Shown: positions 37,887-47,987 of the stretch, piece after piece
Position numbering within the stretch: position 1 is the first letter of the stretch
Layout: every line of letters starts with the position of its first letter
Origin: an uncultured Pseudomonadales bacterium
GTDB lineage: Bacteria; Patescibacteriota; Microgenomatia; UBA1400; CG1-02-47-37
DNA length: 64,000 bases
NCBI GenBank assembly: GCA_964630755.1
Contig: CAZVYS010000001.1
Coordinates: 25,893-89,892, forward strand
Direction of reading: 5' to 3'
Notes under the pieces: generated by a model
Databases searched by the model: none
The model's input: the letters and a program-made list of their open reading frames with translations, nothing else
What the model was told of the DNA's origin: nothing
Made by a program: the position numbers and the translations under genes

Positions 37887-38672
37887 TTACGAAGAGGCAG
37901 AAGAGTATTTAGTTAGAGCGAGTTGCCAAAACTTAATTGAGATATAAAAAACGATAATTGAGGCAAAAAATGAGGCTATAATAGCTGGAAGTGTAAGTAA
38001 ACCCAATAACACTTTGGCGGGAATAGTAAATACCAGAGAAATTGGTATCACAAAAGTTAAAAAGGCACGAATAAAATTAAGATAAATATCGACAGGAACA
38101 CGACCCATAGAAGCTAGATCACGGAAAATCCAGATAGTATGATCTACTTCTGTAGTTAAAACGCCAATAGCAGCAACAATTATATGGATGGCGGTAATGG
38201 TAAAAAATGAAGCCAGGCCCAAAAATAGAAAATAGAGAATATTAGATGAAGGGAAATGAAAGGTTTTAATAATAAGCATCACAATAACCAGAATTAAGAT
38301 GGGTAAATCAAGAAAGTCAGTGTGTTTAGTTAAAGCGTTAAATAAAGGGCTGATGGGTTTAATGAGCTTATAATCAAAAGTGCCAGTGATAATATCTTGC
38401 CGAAACCAATAAATACCTCTAAAGAAAAATTGAGCTAGCAAGTCAAAAAGATTGAAAACTAAAAAGAAAATAACTAACTGGTCAAAGGTGTAACCAGAAA
38501 CTAAGGTGAGCCTGGTTTTTAAGATTAATAAAAACCAAAGAAAAAAAGTAAAACGAATTAACTTACCAGTTAAAAATAAAAATGATGACAAACGAGTGCT
38601 TAATAGGCTTTGTAAAGACATCAAGCTATGCTTAGTCCAATAAAGCCAGTAAATTCTTAATCTTTTTAACAT
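37887..38672 (-). CDS. ABC-2 type permease (DUF990-like)
   Basis: GTFDYKLIKP, C-terminal YSSASS. Confidence 0.85.
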   Translation of the reverse strand: MLKRLRIYWLYWTKHSLMSLQSLLSTRLSSFLFLTGKLIRFTFFLWFLLILKTRLTLVSGYTFDQLVIFFLVFNLFDLLAQFFFRGIYWFRQDIITGTFDYKLIKPISPLFNALTKHTDFLDLPILILVIVMLIIKTFHFPSSNILYFLFLGLASFFTITAIHIIVAAIGVLTTEVDHTIWIFRDLASMGRVPVDIYLNFIRAFLTFVIPISLVFTIPAKVLLGLLTLPAIIASFFASIIVFYISIKFWQLALTKYSSASS

Positions 38673-38673
38673 T

Positions 38674-39471
38674 TTAACGACCATAAGCACCATAAGTTTT
38701 TAGGCCCTTTTTCCAAATTAAACGAGAAAGTTTATAAAGCACGGCAATCCAAATCAACATAATCAATAGAGTGGCGTAGATTTGAACTGGATTTAGCCGA
38801 CCTAAATAGATTTGAACTGGATAAAAAACTAAATAAGCTGGAGGGAGGTAGCGGATGATATTAAAAGCTGCAGTTGGCAAAATATCTAATGGGAATAGTC
38901 CGCCAGCAATAAATTCAATAATCATAAAGACAAAAAACCGCAATGGCCAGCCGTTGTGTTCTGGATACCAAAAGGCAAAACTACTAACTATAAAACTAAA
39001 AAGAAAGTACATGATGATGGCCAAGATAGTTGCGAGAATAAACGTAGATATTAATAGCCAGCTTCTCTGAAGAACTAAAGGAGGTTTAATGATTAAGATA
39101 AAAATGAAAAGTTCTACAGATAAAAATAAAATATTCAATAGTTTATCTGCTAAGTCCCGACTGAGCCAACTTTTTAGGTAGTTAATTGGTTTAACTAGAT
39201 AGTTGTTAAGATCACCATTGGCGATTTCGGCGCCAACATAAGTGCTACGAGATGAAAATACAAAAGTCCTTAAAACTGAAGTGCCGATAATATAAGTTAA
39301 CATTATTGATTTGGAGTAATCAAAAATTTCACTTTGATTAGTAAAAATGGCTATCCAAAGAAAGTAAACAGCAAAAAACTGCAAAACAGTTCTGACCCGC
39401 CACATGATGAAGTTAAGTCGGTAAACAAATGCATCCTGCCAGCTTATTCTGAAAATCTGAAAATATTTCAT
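38674..39471 (-). CDS. ABC-2 type permease (DUF990-like)
   Basis: YRLN, EIANGDLNNYLVKP, GGLFPLD, YGAYG tail. Confidence 0.85.
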   Translation of the reverse strand: MKYFQIFRISWQDAFVYRLNFIMWRVRTVLQFFAVYFLWIAIFTNQSEIFDYSKSIMLTYIIGTSVLRTFVFSSRSTYVGAEIANGDLNNYLVKPINYLKSWLSRDLADKLLNILFLSVELFIFILIIKPPLVLQRSWLLISTFILATILAIIMYFLFSFIVSSFAFWYPEHNGWPLRFFVFMIIEFIAGGLFPLDILPTAAFNIIRYLPPAYLVFYPVQIYLGRLNPVQIYATLLIMLIWIAVLYKLSRLIWKKGLKTYGAYGR

Positions 39472-39476
39472 AAGTC

Positions 39477-39523
39477 AAGGCTCCGAACTGACATAAAGTT
39501 ACGGAACCTTAGGTTATTTTTAG
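39477..39523 (-). repeat. Family-B hairpin element copy (supplies the ABC ATPase stop codon)
   Basis: Minus strand CTAAAAATAACCTAAGGTTCCGTAACT..AGTTCGGAGCCTT, matching copies at 59867 and 62678. Confidence 0.75.
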
Positions 39524-40509
39524 GACAAATCACGACCAGTAAAAACTTCACGAATTATATCTTCGATCGAAGACTCAAGAATATTTAAGTCGGCAACAGG
39601 GAATTTTTCTAATAGTTTAGCGGCGACTGGATTGACTGATCGTCTTTTAACTGAAAAAACAACCTGGTGAGGATCATATTGTTTAATTTTAGCGGCTTTG
39701 ATAATACTAAATTGTTTTTTTTCAACAACTTTTGAAAAAGTGACTTCTAGAATTTTTCGATCTGCGTATTTTTTAATAATTTCGTCTAATGCGCCGTCGA
39801 AAAAGATTTTACCTTTATCAATGATAATGACGCGGTCACATAATTCTTTGACATCATCCATATAGTGAGAAGTTAAAATGATAGTAGCTTTGAATTTTTG
39901 ATTGTATTCTTTAATAAAATCTCTGATCTTTTTTTGCATGACTACATCTAGACCAATAGTTGGCTCATCTAAAAATAAAACTTTTGGGGAATGAAGTAAG
40001 GCGGCAACAAGTTCGCATTTCATTCTCTGGCCAAGAGATAGTTTTCTAACCTGGACCTTGATAATGTCTTTTAGGTCAAGCATTTTGACTAAGTTTTTTA
40101 AGGTGTGGTCAAATTTCTTTTGAGGAACTTCGTAGATTTCTTTATTAAGAATAAAAGAGTCTAAGGCAGGCAGGTCCCACCAGAGTTGGTTTTTCTGGCC
40201 CATGACTAAAGAAAACTGCTTTTGAAATTCAGGCTTTCGATCAAAAGGAGTGTAATTTAAAACACTAACTTCACCAGCAGTTGGATATAAAAGACCTGAT
40301 AATACTTTTAAGGTAGTTGTTTTACCAGCGCCATTTGGACCAATAAAACCAACTAACTCCCCTTCTTTAATAGAAAAAGAAATATCATTAACAGCCTTAA
40401 CGTCTTCGTATTTTCGATTAAATAAAGATTTTAAAGAACCTTTTAAACCAGGTTCTTTTTGATAAACTTGGTAGTATTTTTTTAAGTTTTTAACTATGAT
40501 TAAAGACAT
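39520..40509 (-). CDS. ABC transporter ATP-binding protein
   Basis: GPNGAGKT, LSLGQ, LDEPT, SH. Confidence 0.93.
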   Translation of the reverse strand: MSLIIVKNLKKYYQVYQKEPGLKGSLKSLFNRKYEDVKAVNDISFSIKEGELVGFIGPNGAGKTTTLKVLSGLLYPTAGEVSVLNYTPFDRKPEFQKQFSLVMGQKNQLWWDLPALDSFILNKEIYEVPQKKFDHTLKNLVKMLDLKDIIKVQVRKLSLGQRMKCELVAALLHSPKVLFLDEPTIGLDVVMQKKIRDFIKEYNQKFKATIILTSHYMDDVKELCDRVIIIDKGKIFFDGALDEIIKKYADRKILEVTFSKVVEKKQFSIIKAAKIKQYDPHQVVFSVKRRSVNPVAAKLLEKFPVADLNILESSIEDIIREVFTGRDLS

Positions 40510-40539
40510 AAAGCTATTTTAGCATGATTATTAGCATGA

Positions 40540-41328
40540 TTATGACGAGGCTGAGGTGTATGATTTTAAACAAAATCTCCAAGTCTTGTTTGATAAAAAA
40601 AGTAGAACAATTGAGATAAAAACTGCGTAAACCACCAACCAGCTTGATGGGCTAGAAACAATCACCTGAGTCGGAATAGTAGTAACAAAAGCTAAAGGGA
40701 ATATGAAAGTAAGTAAAAATTTAAATGCTTTTCCAGAGATATTTAAAGGTATGCGGCAAAGTTGATGAAAGGGTCTAAATAAATGGTGGATGTTATCTAC
40801 TCGACCCCACTTAAAAATTGGCATAAGAGATATAAACCAGAGCGAGTAAGTAATGGCTAAACCAGTGAATAACAAGATAATAAACTGAAATATTTGCAAA
40901 AATGAGATAGGTAAAAAATAGGATCTGATTAAGTAAATAATAATGACGATCATAGAGATATTGCTAAAAAAAGGGGCAAATGAAAATCGCCTTAAGGAAA
41001 TGTAAAACTGAGATGAAATTGGCTTAGTGAGAATGTAATCAAGCTTCCCAGTATTAACAATAGAAGTAAGGTCCCAAAAATTTAATTCAAAAAAACTATC
41101 AAAAATTCTATCGATTAGAAAATATATAGCAGTTAATAATAACATTGATTCTAGGGTCCAACCGTTAATAGAGTCAAGATGCTTATAGATAAATATAAAG
41201 GTTATAAAAACTACAAAAGCCCAAAGAAGGCCAACAAAATTTTGAAGTAAAAAATGTCCCCTAAATTCCATTTCTCTAGCAAGGCAGTTACGGAAAAATG
41301 ATATGTATAATTTAAGATAACGCTTCAT
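40540..41328 (-). CDS. ABC-2 type permease (DUF990-like), second pair
   Basis: GKLDYILTKP, YTSASS tail. Confidence 0.85.
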   Translation of the reverse strand: MKRYLKLYISFFRNCLAREMEFRGHFLLQNFVGLLWAFVVFITFIFIYKHLDSINGWTLESMLLLTAIYFLIDRIFDSFFELNFWDLTSIVNTGKLDYILTKPISSQFYISLRRFSFAPFFSNISMIVIIIYLIRSYFLPISFLQIFQFIILLFTGLAITYSLWFISLMPIFKWGRVDNIHHLFRPFHQLCRIPLNISGKAFKFLLTFIFPLAFVTTIPTQVIVSSPSSWLVVYAVFISIVLLFLSNKTWRFCLKSYTSASS

Positions 41329-42129
41329 TTATCCCCCAAAGACATCGTAAGCCTTAAAGCCTTTTTTTAATACTAATTTATAAATCAGGTAAAAAACCAA
41401 ACACCAAATTAATTGGATTAGTAATCCAAGGCCGATGTGTGATAGTTGAGTAATTTTATTTAACATCAAAGATAAAGGGAAAAATAACATGTATTTAAAA
41501 GGCAAAAGATTAACTAGCTTTAAAAAAGTTGATGGAAATAAATCCAAAGGAATTAGTTCGCCACTAAAAAAGCTTGCCAGAATCTGATAAAAGAAAAACA
41601 GCCAACCAGATTCTAAAAACCAAACTGAAGATAAACCTAATGACATTTTAATGAAAAAATTGAGGAAAAAAGCAAAAAATAAACTAATCATAAAAGATAA
41701 AATATTAACAAAATTGAGACTGTAGTTTTCCCAGTAAGATTTGAAAAGCAAAAAGAAGATGAGGAAAATTGGAGCTAGAAAGATAATTCTGACTATTCGC
41801 CAAGAAATGGCGTCAGCGATTTTTTTAACGGTAATGCTAAATGGTTTGGTTAGATAGTTTGAAAAAACACCAGATTTAATTTCGTCTGACAAATGGTATT
41901 GCGGATGCGTGTCAACTAAATTATTAATAAACATAATGCCTAGATAGTAAATAATCATGCCTGAAGCAGAATAGCTACCAATTAGAGGTTTAGTTTGAAA
42001 AGCAGCTAGCCAAAAAATTAAAGAAACAGCAGCTGGGCCAATATCGTTTAACATCCAGATAAAACCAGTAGCTCGATAAATTAGAGCGTCAGAAATAGAA
42101 ATAGAGAAAAATGACCAAAACTTTTTCAT
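41329..42129 (-). CDS. ABC-2 type permease (DUF990-like), second pair
   Basis: YRA, EIKSG..SNYLTKP, SGELIPLD. Confidence 0.85.
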   Translation of the reverse strand: MKKFWSFFSISISDALIYRATGFIWMLNDIGPAAVSLIFWLAAFQTKPLIGSYSASGMIIYYLGIMFINNLVDTHPQYHLSDEIKSGVFSNYLTKPFSITVKKIADAISWRIVRIIFLAPIFLIFFLLFKSYWENYSLNFVNILSFMISLFFAFFLNFFIKMSLGLSSVWFLESGWLFFFYQILASFFSGELIPLDLFPSTFLKLVNLLPFKYMLFFPLSLMLNKITQLSHIGLGLLIQLIWCLVFYLIYKLVLKKGFKAYDVFGG

Positions 42130-42158
42130 TATGAAATTGTAACACGGAGAAGAAAAGC

Positions 42159-42434
42159 TTATTTCTTGACTAAGCGTTTAAGAGTTTTACCAACCACAAA
42201 ACGAACTACTCGATGACCTTTGATGATTAAGTCTTCACCAGTTTGAGGATTTCGACCTTTTTTATCTTTTACTTTAGTAACTTTAAAAGTACCAAAGCCA
42301 GAAAGAACTACTTTTTCACCCTTGTTGATTTGCCTAATAGTTTCGTCTAAAAAAGCATCAATTGATTCTCGGGCGGCTTTTTTAGTTAAATGAGCCTTTT
42401 TAGCAACAATTTCAATAATTTCAGCTTTTGTCAT
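42159..42434 (-). CDS. hup: HU family DNA-binding protein
   Basis: MTKAE, GFGTF, GRNPQTG. Confidence 0.95.
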   Translation of the reverse strand: MTKAEIIEIVAKKAHLTKKAARESIDAFLDETIRQINKGEKVVLSGFGTFKVTKVKDKKGRNPQTGEDLIIKGHRVVRFVVGKTLKRLVKK

Positions 42435-42498
42435 AATAAAATGATAATAGCTGATATATCAGCCTAAATCAAGTAGCAATTTAAGTATTTAAAGTGTA

Positions 42499-44040
42499 TC
42501 AGTTGGCCACAGATTCTGTACGCAATTCTCGAATAACCGTAATTTTAATCTGGCCAGGAAAAGCCTTGACATCTTCTTTAACCTTATTTTTAATGTCATT
42601 GGCTAGCTTGGTAGCAGCGTCATCATCAATTTGATCTGGCTTTACTATAACTCTGACTTCACGTCCAGCTTGAATAGCAAAAGCAGAGTCAACGCCGTCA
42701 AAGGAATTAGCAATTTCTTCTAGTTGAGTCATACGCTGAAGATAACCTTCATGGTCATCATAGCGAGCACCTGGGCGAGAACCAGAAATAGCATCTGCAA
42801 TATAGACCAGTTTTGATTCAACTGAAGAAAAAGGTTTGTCTTCATGATGTTGCTCGACACAGTCAATCACAGCTTTTGGAATATTGAATTTTTTTAAGAA
42901 CTTCACCCCAAGTTCAACGTGAGTGCCTTCTTCATCATCAATTACCTTGCCAATATCGTGAAGCAGACAGCCTAAACGAACAATATTGCTGTCAGCGCCT
43001 ATTTCATGAGCTAATTTAATGCCAATTTTGGTTTCTTCAAGAGTATGAGTAATCATGCTTTGGCCGTAAGAAAATCGATATTTAAATCGACCAAGCATGT
43101 CCATAATTTCGCGAGGAAGATTGAAAACTTTAATAGCATGGCAAAGCTTTTCTCCTTCTTGGCTCATAATACGATTAATATCTTTAGTTACCTGTTTTAC
43201 CACCTCTTCGATACGAGAAGGTTGAATACGACCATCAGCCATTAATTTTTCCAATGCAACCCTAGCAATTTCTCTTCTGACAGAATTAAAACAAGACAAT
43301 CGAATAATACCTTCTTCGTCTAAGTCGACTTCGACTCCAGTGACTTTTTCAAAAGTACGAATATTTCTACCCTCACGGCCAATAACTCGACCCTTCATAT
43401 CTTCGTCAGCAACTTTGACAATAGAAACTGTGTATTCAGCTACATAATCAGTAGCACCATGCCGCATGGCTTCAACAAGTATTTCTTTAACTTTGTCCTG
43501 AGCTTCTGATTTGGCTTTTTCTTCAGCATCTTTAATAATTTGAGCAATATCTCTCGTCATCCGTTTTTGATAGGCTTTGAGGATTAAATCCTGAGCTTCT
43601 TGTTTTGTTAGTTTTGCGATATTCTCTAATTGAGTAAGTTGTTTTTGCTTAAGAACTTCTACATTTTTTTGTTCTTTTTGAATATGTTTTTGAAGGCCAG
43701 AAACACTTTTTTCGCGTTGCTCAACTGCTCCTAAACGATGGTCAAGCTTTAATGCTTCTTTCTGAACTCTATCTTTAAGTCTTTGAGTTTGTTGAATAAT
43801 TTCTTGAGATTGTTTGTCAGCTTGACGCTTGGCTTCAAAAGCTTTGTTTTTAGCTTCAAGAATAATTTCTTGAGCTTTGGCATGAGCTTGGGCCTGGGCT
43901 GCAGCTAGTTGCTGTTTTGATGGAACAACTTTTATTGATTGTGTTTGAGCGGGCTTTTTGACAGGTGAGGCGGATTTACTCTTGGTAGTATCAGTAGCTT
44001 TCCCAGCCATTAAATTTGAGAAACGAGATAAAAACGACAT
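42499..44040 (-). CDS. rny: Ribonuclease Y
   Basis: Coiled coil, KH KGRVIGREGRNI, LLHDIGK, ADAISGSRPGAR, AIQAGRE; no obvious N-terminal TM. Confidence 0.95.
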   Translation of the reverse strand: MSFLSRFSNLMAGKATDTTKSKSASPVKKPAQTQSIKVVPSKQQLAAAQAQAHAKAQEIILEAKNKAFEAKRQADKQSQEIIQQTQRLKDRVQKEALKLDHRLGAVEQREKSVSGLQKHIQKEQKNVEVLKQKQLTQLENIAKLTKQEAQDLILKAYQKRMTRDIAQIIKDAEEKAKSEAQDKVKEILVEAMRHGATDYVAEYTVSIVKVADEDMKGRVIGREGRNIRTFEKVTGVEVDLDEEGIIRLSCFNSVRREIARVALEKLMADGRIQPSRIEEVVKQVTKDINRIMSQEGEKLCHAIKVFNLPREIMDMLGRFKYRFSYGQSMITHTLEETKIGIKLAHEIGADSNIVRLGCLLHDIGKVIDDEEGTHVELGVKFLKKFNIPKAVIDCVEQHHEDKPFSSVESKLVYIADAISGSRPGARYDDHEGYLQRMTQLEEIANSFDGVDSAFAIQAGREVRVIVKPDQIDDDAATKLANDIKNKVKEDVKAFPGQIKITVIRELRTESVAN

Positions 44041-44067
44041 ATATTATCCTTTTATGATATTTAGCAG

Positions 44068-44086
44068 ATCCGATGTAGCTTCGGAT
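44068..44086. repeat. Family-C palindrome upstream of rny
   Basis: ATCCGATGT-A-GCTTCGGAT. Confidence 0.65.
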
Positions 44087-44228
44087 AACTACAACTATAT
44101 TTAATGAATTGGGGTAAACAGCGAGATTACTCGCCCATTGAAGAGCTTGAGGTATTTATAAAATTAGGTTGATATAACAACATTAAATTTAACAATATCA
44201 CTATTTATCCAATACTAGTATTTTACGC

Positions 44229-44678
44229 CTATAGATTTAATCCGTCAATGCTTAAGTTAATAGAGTTAGAAGAAAAACCTCTAGAGTAGAGGTATTGATA
44301 GGCCTTTTGTTTATCTGTAAATTTTTTTAATTTTAATAGTTTTTTAGCTAGAGCTCGTTCTTGATCTATTGACAATAAAACTGAGTCGATATTCGATTGA
44401 TCAACTCCTTTTTGAATTAACTCACTTTTTAAGGCAAGGTTGCCTTTGGGTCGATGACTTGATCTTTGCTCAACCCACCAAGCAGCAAACTTTTGGTCAT
44501 TAAGCATGTCAAGTTCGATAAAATAATCAATCACTTCGTTTAAAAGACTAGCTGATGGTTTGAATTTTTTTAGTTTGAGTTTGATCTCAGCAATGCTTTG
44601 CGGCCGGAAAGATAAAATCTTGAGAGTTTTATTAATCAGTTTTTGGCGGACGGCCGCGTTGTTTTTTGGAGGTATCAT
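44229..44678 (-). CDS. recX: RecX regulatory protein
   Basis: LSFRPQS..E, LNDQKFA, ELIQKG, YSRGF; follows recA. Confidence 0.85.
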   Translation of the reverse strand: MIPPKNNAAVRQKLINKTLKILSFRPQSIAEIKLKLKKFKPSASLLNEVIDYFIELDMLNDQKFAAWWVEQRSSHRPKGNLALKSELIQKGVDQSNIDSVLLSIDQERALAKKLLKLKKFTDKQKAYQYLYSRGFSSNSINLSIDGLNL

Positions 44679-45675
44679 TGTTAGTTTGATTTTTAACTTT
44701 TTGCCAGATTTGGGTTTCGATTTTTTTAGATACTTTAGGATTATCAGCTAAATAGATTCTAGCAGCTTCTTTGCCTTGACCAATAACTTTTCCTTTGTAT
44801 TTATAAAAACTGCCGGATTTTTCAATAATATTATGTTCAACCCCAAGATCAATCAGGCCACCTAGTTTACTGATCCCAGAAACATTAAGAATGTCAAACT
44901 CGGCTTTTCTAAAAGGAGGGGCTACTTTGTTTTTAACTACTTTAACTCTGTGGCGAGAGCCAATGATAGTGTCACCATCTTGGATGTTGCCGATCTTACG
45001 ACAGTCTAAGCGAATTGATGAATAAAACTTTAAAGCTTTGCCACCAGAAGTGGTTTCTGGATTGCCGAACATAACGCCAATTTTCATTCTTAACTGGTTA
45101 GTAAAAATGACGACAGCTTTTGATTTTGCGATAGCTGAGGTTAGTTTTCTCATGGCTTGACTCATAAGTCTGGCTTGAACGCCGATCATGGCATCACCCA
45201 TTTCGCCCTCGATCTCAGCCTTAGGCACTAAGGCAGCTACTGAATCAACACAGATAACATCTACTGCTCCAGAGCGGATTAAGGTCTCGGTGATTTCTAG
45301 AGCTTGCTCGCCGGTGTCTGGTTGAGAAATAATTAAGTCATCAAGGTTAACACCAATAGTTTCGGCGCGTTGAGGATCAAGAGCATGCTCGGCGTCAATA
45401 AAAGCAACTGTGCCCCCCTGTTTTTGAGCTTCAGCAATAACATGAAGGCAAAGGGTGGTTTTGCCACTTGCCTCTGGACCATAGATTTCAGAAATACGAC
45501 CACGAGGTAGACCACCAATACCCAGAGCAATATCTAGGGTAATTGAGCCAGTTGGAATAACAGCTACTTTTTGATGCTGATGATCGCCAAGCTTCATGAT
45601 TGAACCTTTACCATATTCTTTTTCTATTTGCTCCATAGCCACTTTAATTGCTTGAAGTTTAGGGTCTTTGGACAT
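44632..45675 (-). CDS. recA: Recombinase RecA
   Basis: [32 protein letters not shown]. Confidence 0.98.
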   Translation of the reverse strand: MSKDPKLQAIKVAMEQIEKEYGKGSIMKLGDHQHQKVAVIPTGSITLDIALGIGGLPRGRISEIYGPEASGKTTLCLHVIAEAQKQGGTVAFIDAEHALDPQRAETIGVNLDDLIISQPDTGEQALEITETLIRSGAVDVICVDSVAALVPKAEIEGEMGDAMIGVQARLMSQAMRKLTSAIAKSKAVVIFTNQLRMKIGVMFGNPETTSGGKALKFYSSIRLDCRKIGNIQDGDTIIGSRHRVKVVKNKVAPPFRKAEFDILNVSGISKLGGLIDLGVEHNIIEKSGSFYKYKGKVIGQGKEAARIYLADNPKVSKKIETQIWQKVKNQTNNDTSKKQRGRPPKTD

Positions 45676-45754
45676 AAATACCTTTCATTTGAGGGCAGAA
45701 GAAATAAATTACTATTATCAGCATAACAAAGATGTTAATAATTGCAAGTCAAAT

Positions 45755-46030
45755 TCATATTCCGTTAAAACTAATTTTTAACTCTCCACCAAATATATTA
45801 GCCAAGCGTTTTAAAAAGGAGACTGAAGTGGTAGTTTGAGCATTTTCAACACGGGAAATAACAGATTGTTGAGTTTTAAGTTTATTGGCTAGTTGTTTTT
45901 GAGTAAGTTGATGCTTTAAGCGAGCTTTGATAACAACTCTGGCGATTTCATATTCTACACGACTCTCTTTGAGAGCTTTTTTAAATTTTGGATTATTAAG
46001 AAGTTGTTTTTTGTGGGTTTGCCAATCCAT
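45755..46030 (-). CDS. XRE HTH antitoxin (HigA-like)
   Basis: ARLKHQLTQKQLA..TQQSVISRVEN; downstream of RelE-like gene. Confidence 0.85.
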   Translation of the reverse strand: MDWQTHKKQLLNNPKFKKALKESRVEYEIARVVIKARLKHQLTQKQLANKLKTQQSVISRVENAQTTTSVSFLKRLANIFGGELKISFNGI

Positions 46031-46038
46031 ATGATGAT

Positions 46039-46068
46039 ATCATATCACAATATTGTGATATTAGTCAA
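46039..46068 (-). promoter_or_regulatory. Internal antitoxin promoter with perfect 20-bp operator palindrome
   Basis: TTGACT -18 nt- TATGAT; ATATCACAATATTGTGATAT at 46042-46061. Confidence 0.7.
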
Positions 46069-46403
46069 TTGAATATTTTTAATCTGTTTAAGGCAATTTT
46101 AATTTCTTTTTTAGGAATTTTTTGAGATTTTTTTACAAAAGCGTGAAGCATTAGAAAAATCTTCTTTGTCTGAGTAAGATAGAAAAAACGAATAGATTTT
46201 TTGCCAAGAATCCTTAATTCCCTTATAGGCGTATTTCTAATTTTTTTGACATAGGGTTGATTTAATTTTAGATTAAATTCAATCAATAACTCAAAAGTGT
46301 CGTGAACCTTAGCTTGAAGACTAACTGGTAAATCTTCGATAAAATCTTTAACTGGAATTTTTCCTGAAGACTTTTGATAATATTTTATTCTCCATTTGGA
46401 CAT
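46065..46403 (-). CDS. RelE/ParE (HigB/Gp49-like) toxin
   Basis: YY..SG..PV.DF, PYVKKI, ELR, LHAFVKKSQKIP. Confidence 0.87.
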   Translation of the reverse strand: MSKWRIKYYQKSSGKIPVKDFIEDLPVSLQAKVHDTFELLIEFNLKLNQPYVKKIRNTPIRELRILGKKSIRFFYLTQTKKIFLMLHAFVKKSQKIPKKEIKIALNRLKIFN

Positions 46404-46472
46404 TAAATAATTAAATCAAATAAAACCCGAAGATGTCAAGAGTAAAAAATAGTATGATAAAATTAATAAAAA

Positions 46473-46543
46473 CGGGGATTAGTTTAATGGTAGAATACGC
46501 GGCTGGGGGTCGTGTGGCTTGAGTTCGATTCTCAAATCCCCGA
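46473..46543 (+). tRNA. tRNA-Pro (GGG), CCA not encoded
   Basis: Acceptor CGGGGAT/ATCCCCG, anticodon loop CTGGGGG, T arm TTGAG-TTCGATT-CTCAA. Confidence 0.92.
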
Positions 46544-46546
46544 CAT

Positions 46547-47212
46547 TTAGGTTGATATATCAGCCTTCTTTAAGAAGCTAATTAAATGCAAAAGATTGTC
46601 AATATAATAGTCTGCGTTGGTTGGTTGGTAATTATTAGGTAAGTTTTGAGTTAAGCAGATAGTAGTTATTTTACTGGCTTTTGCAGCATTAATGCCTGTT
46701 TGAGAATCTTCTAAAATATAAGAAGTTTGAGGATTAGCATTTAGTTTTTTTAAGGCATAAAGATAGCCGTCGGGATGAGGTTTGGATTTAAGCTGAGGGG
46801 TGTCGTTGACGGAAACAGTAACTGAAAACTGATTGGCAAACGGCAATCTAGCTAAAACTTTTTGAATCCATATTCGCCGCGAGGAAGACACAATGCCCAA
46901 TTTATATTGATTATTAGTTAAATAATTGACTAGCTTTTTTAAGTTAGGTGTAATTGGAGCCGTAGCATAAATCTCTTGAGCTTGCTGGTCATACCTTTTG
47001 ATAAATTGGTTTTTGGTACCTTTATACCCATACTCTTTTGCCCAATTGAAAATTGAGTTAAGATCACTGCCATAGGCTTTTTTTAATAAAAGCTTGGCTT
47101 TATTGGCGTTTAAGATTGAAGTGTAATATTTTAATTCTTTGGCTTGCCAGATTTTCTCACTATTAACAATAACTCCGTCCATGTCAAATAAAAAAACTTT
47201 GTTTTTTGTCAT
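46547..47212 (-). CDS. HAD family phosphatase
   Basis: FDMDGV, KPHPD, EDSQTG. Confidence 0.9.
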   Translation of the reverse strand: MTKNKVFLFDMDGVIVNSEKIWQAKELKYYTSILNANKAKLLLKKAYGSDLNSIFNWAKEYGYKGTKNQFIKRYDQQAQEIYATAPITPNLKKLVNYLTNNQYKLGIVSSSRRIWIQKVLARLPFANQFSVTVSVNDTPQLKSKPHPDGYLYALKKLNANPQTSYILEDSQTGINAAKASKITTICLTQNLPNNYQPTNADYYIDNLLHLISFLKKADIST

Positions 47213-47216
47213 AAAT

Positions 47217-47987
47217 TTAGCTAGTTAAACAGAAAAAGCTACCGACAGGTGAAAACTCTTTTATGTGAACCTTTTGGTTATAAAAAACCGAGGCAGAGCC
47301 ACCATCTAGATTAAGAGCGTGTATAATTGGAGTCTTTAATTGGCTAGCAATAGCTATAACAATCTTGGGAGTATCGGCTAATAAGGGACCTAAAAATAAA
47401 GAGTCTGGTGAGGTAATAACCATGAAAAGCAAACTGCCATCTTTAGTTTGAGCAGCAATTATTCGTCGACGGAGTTGATCGTTACGGATTTTTAATGACA
47501 AGGGTTGAGAGTTTTGAACTAAGATTGGGCCAGATTGAAAACCAAGCTTAGAATCATCTTTTAAATAAGAGCTTATTGATAATCGATTGTTATTAACTGA
47601 TAAAAAACCGTTGAATAATTGACTGGTGATAGGTTTTGAGATTTCAGTTTTTTCAGAAACTAACCAACCTAAGGGCTTATAATCCTCTGAGTAAAATCCA
47701 GCGTTAACTAAGACTGAACAGTTATGTTTATCAATTAAATCTATTGAAGCTAGTTGATCTTTAAAATTGGGTAATAGTTTGAGTTTCTCAAATTGATCAA
47801 TGATAAGATGAGAGAAATAGTAAGTAGCACCATTGATAATAATGGGGTCAAGTTTTTCTCGGGTTAGATTTTCTTTTATTGCTGGTGAGGGAAGCGGTTT
47901 TTGAGTAATAGCTGGCTCGCGCTCGAGATAATAAAAAACAACTAAGCCTAAAATGGGAATAATTAAAAAAAGAAATAGTTTTTTCAT
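47217..47987 (-). CDS. Phosphodiester glycosidase (NAGPA-like) family protein
   Basis: NAGFY, QSGPILV, ALNLDGGS. Confidence 0.75.
   Translation of the reverse strand: MKKLFLFLIIPILGLVVFYYLEREPAITQKPLPSPAIKENLTREKLDPIIINGATYYFSHLIIDQFEKLKLLPNFKDQLASIDLIDKHNCSVLVNAGFYSEDYKPLGWLVSEKTEISKPITSQLFNGFLSVNNNRLSISSYLKDDSKLGFQSGPILVQNSQPLSLKIRNDQLRRRIIAAQTKDGSLLFMVITSPDSLFLGPLLADTPKIVIAIASQLKTPIIHALNLDGGSASVFYNQKVHIKEFSPVGSFFCLTS

Noticed and set aside
45755-46543. Prophage or integrative element at tRNA-Pro
   Set aside because: No integrase and no duplicated tRNA 3' end seen; the TA pair lies on the tRNA 5' side
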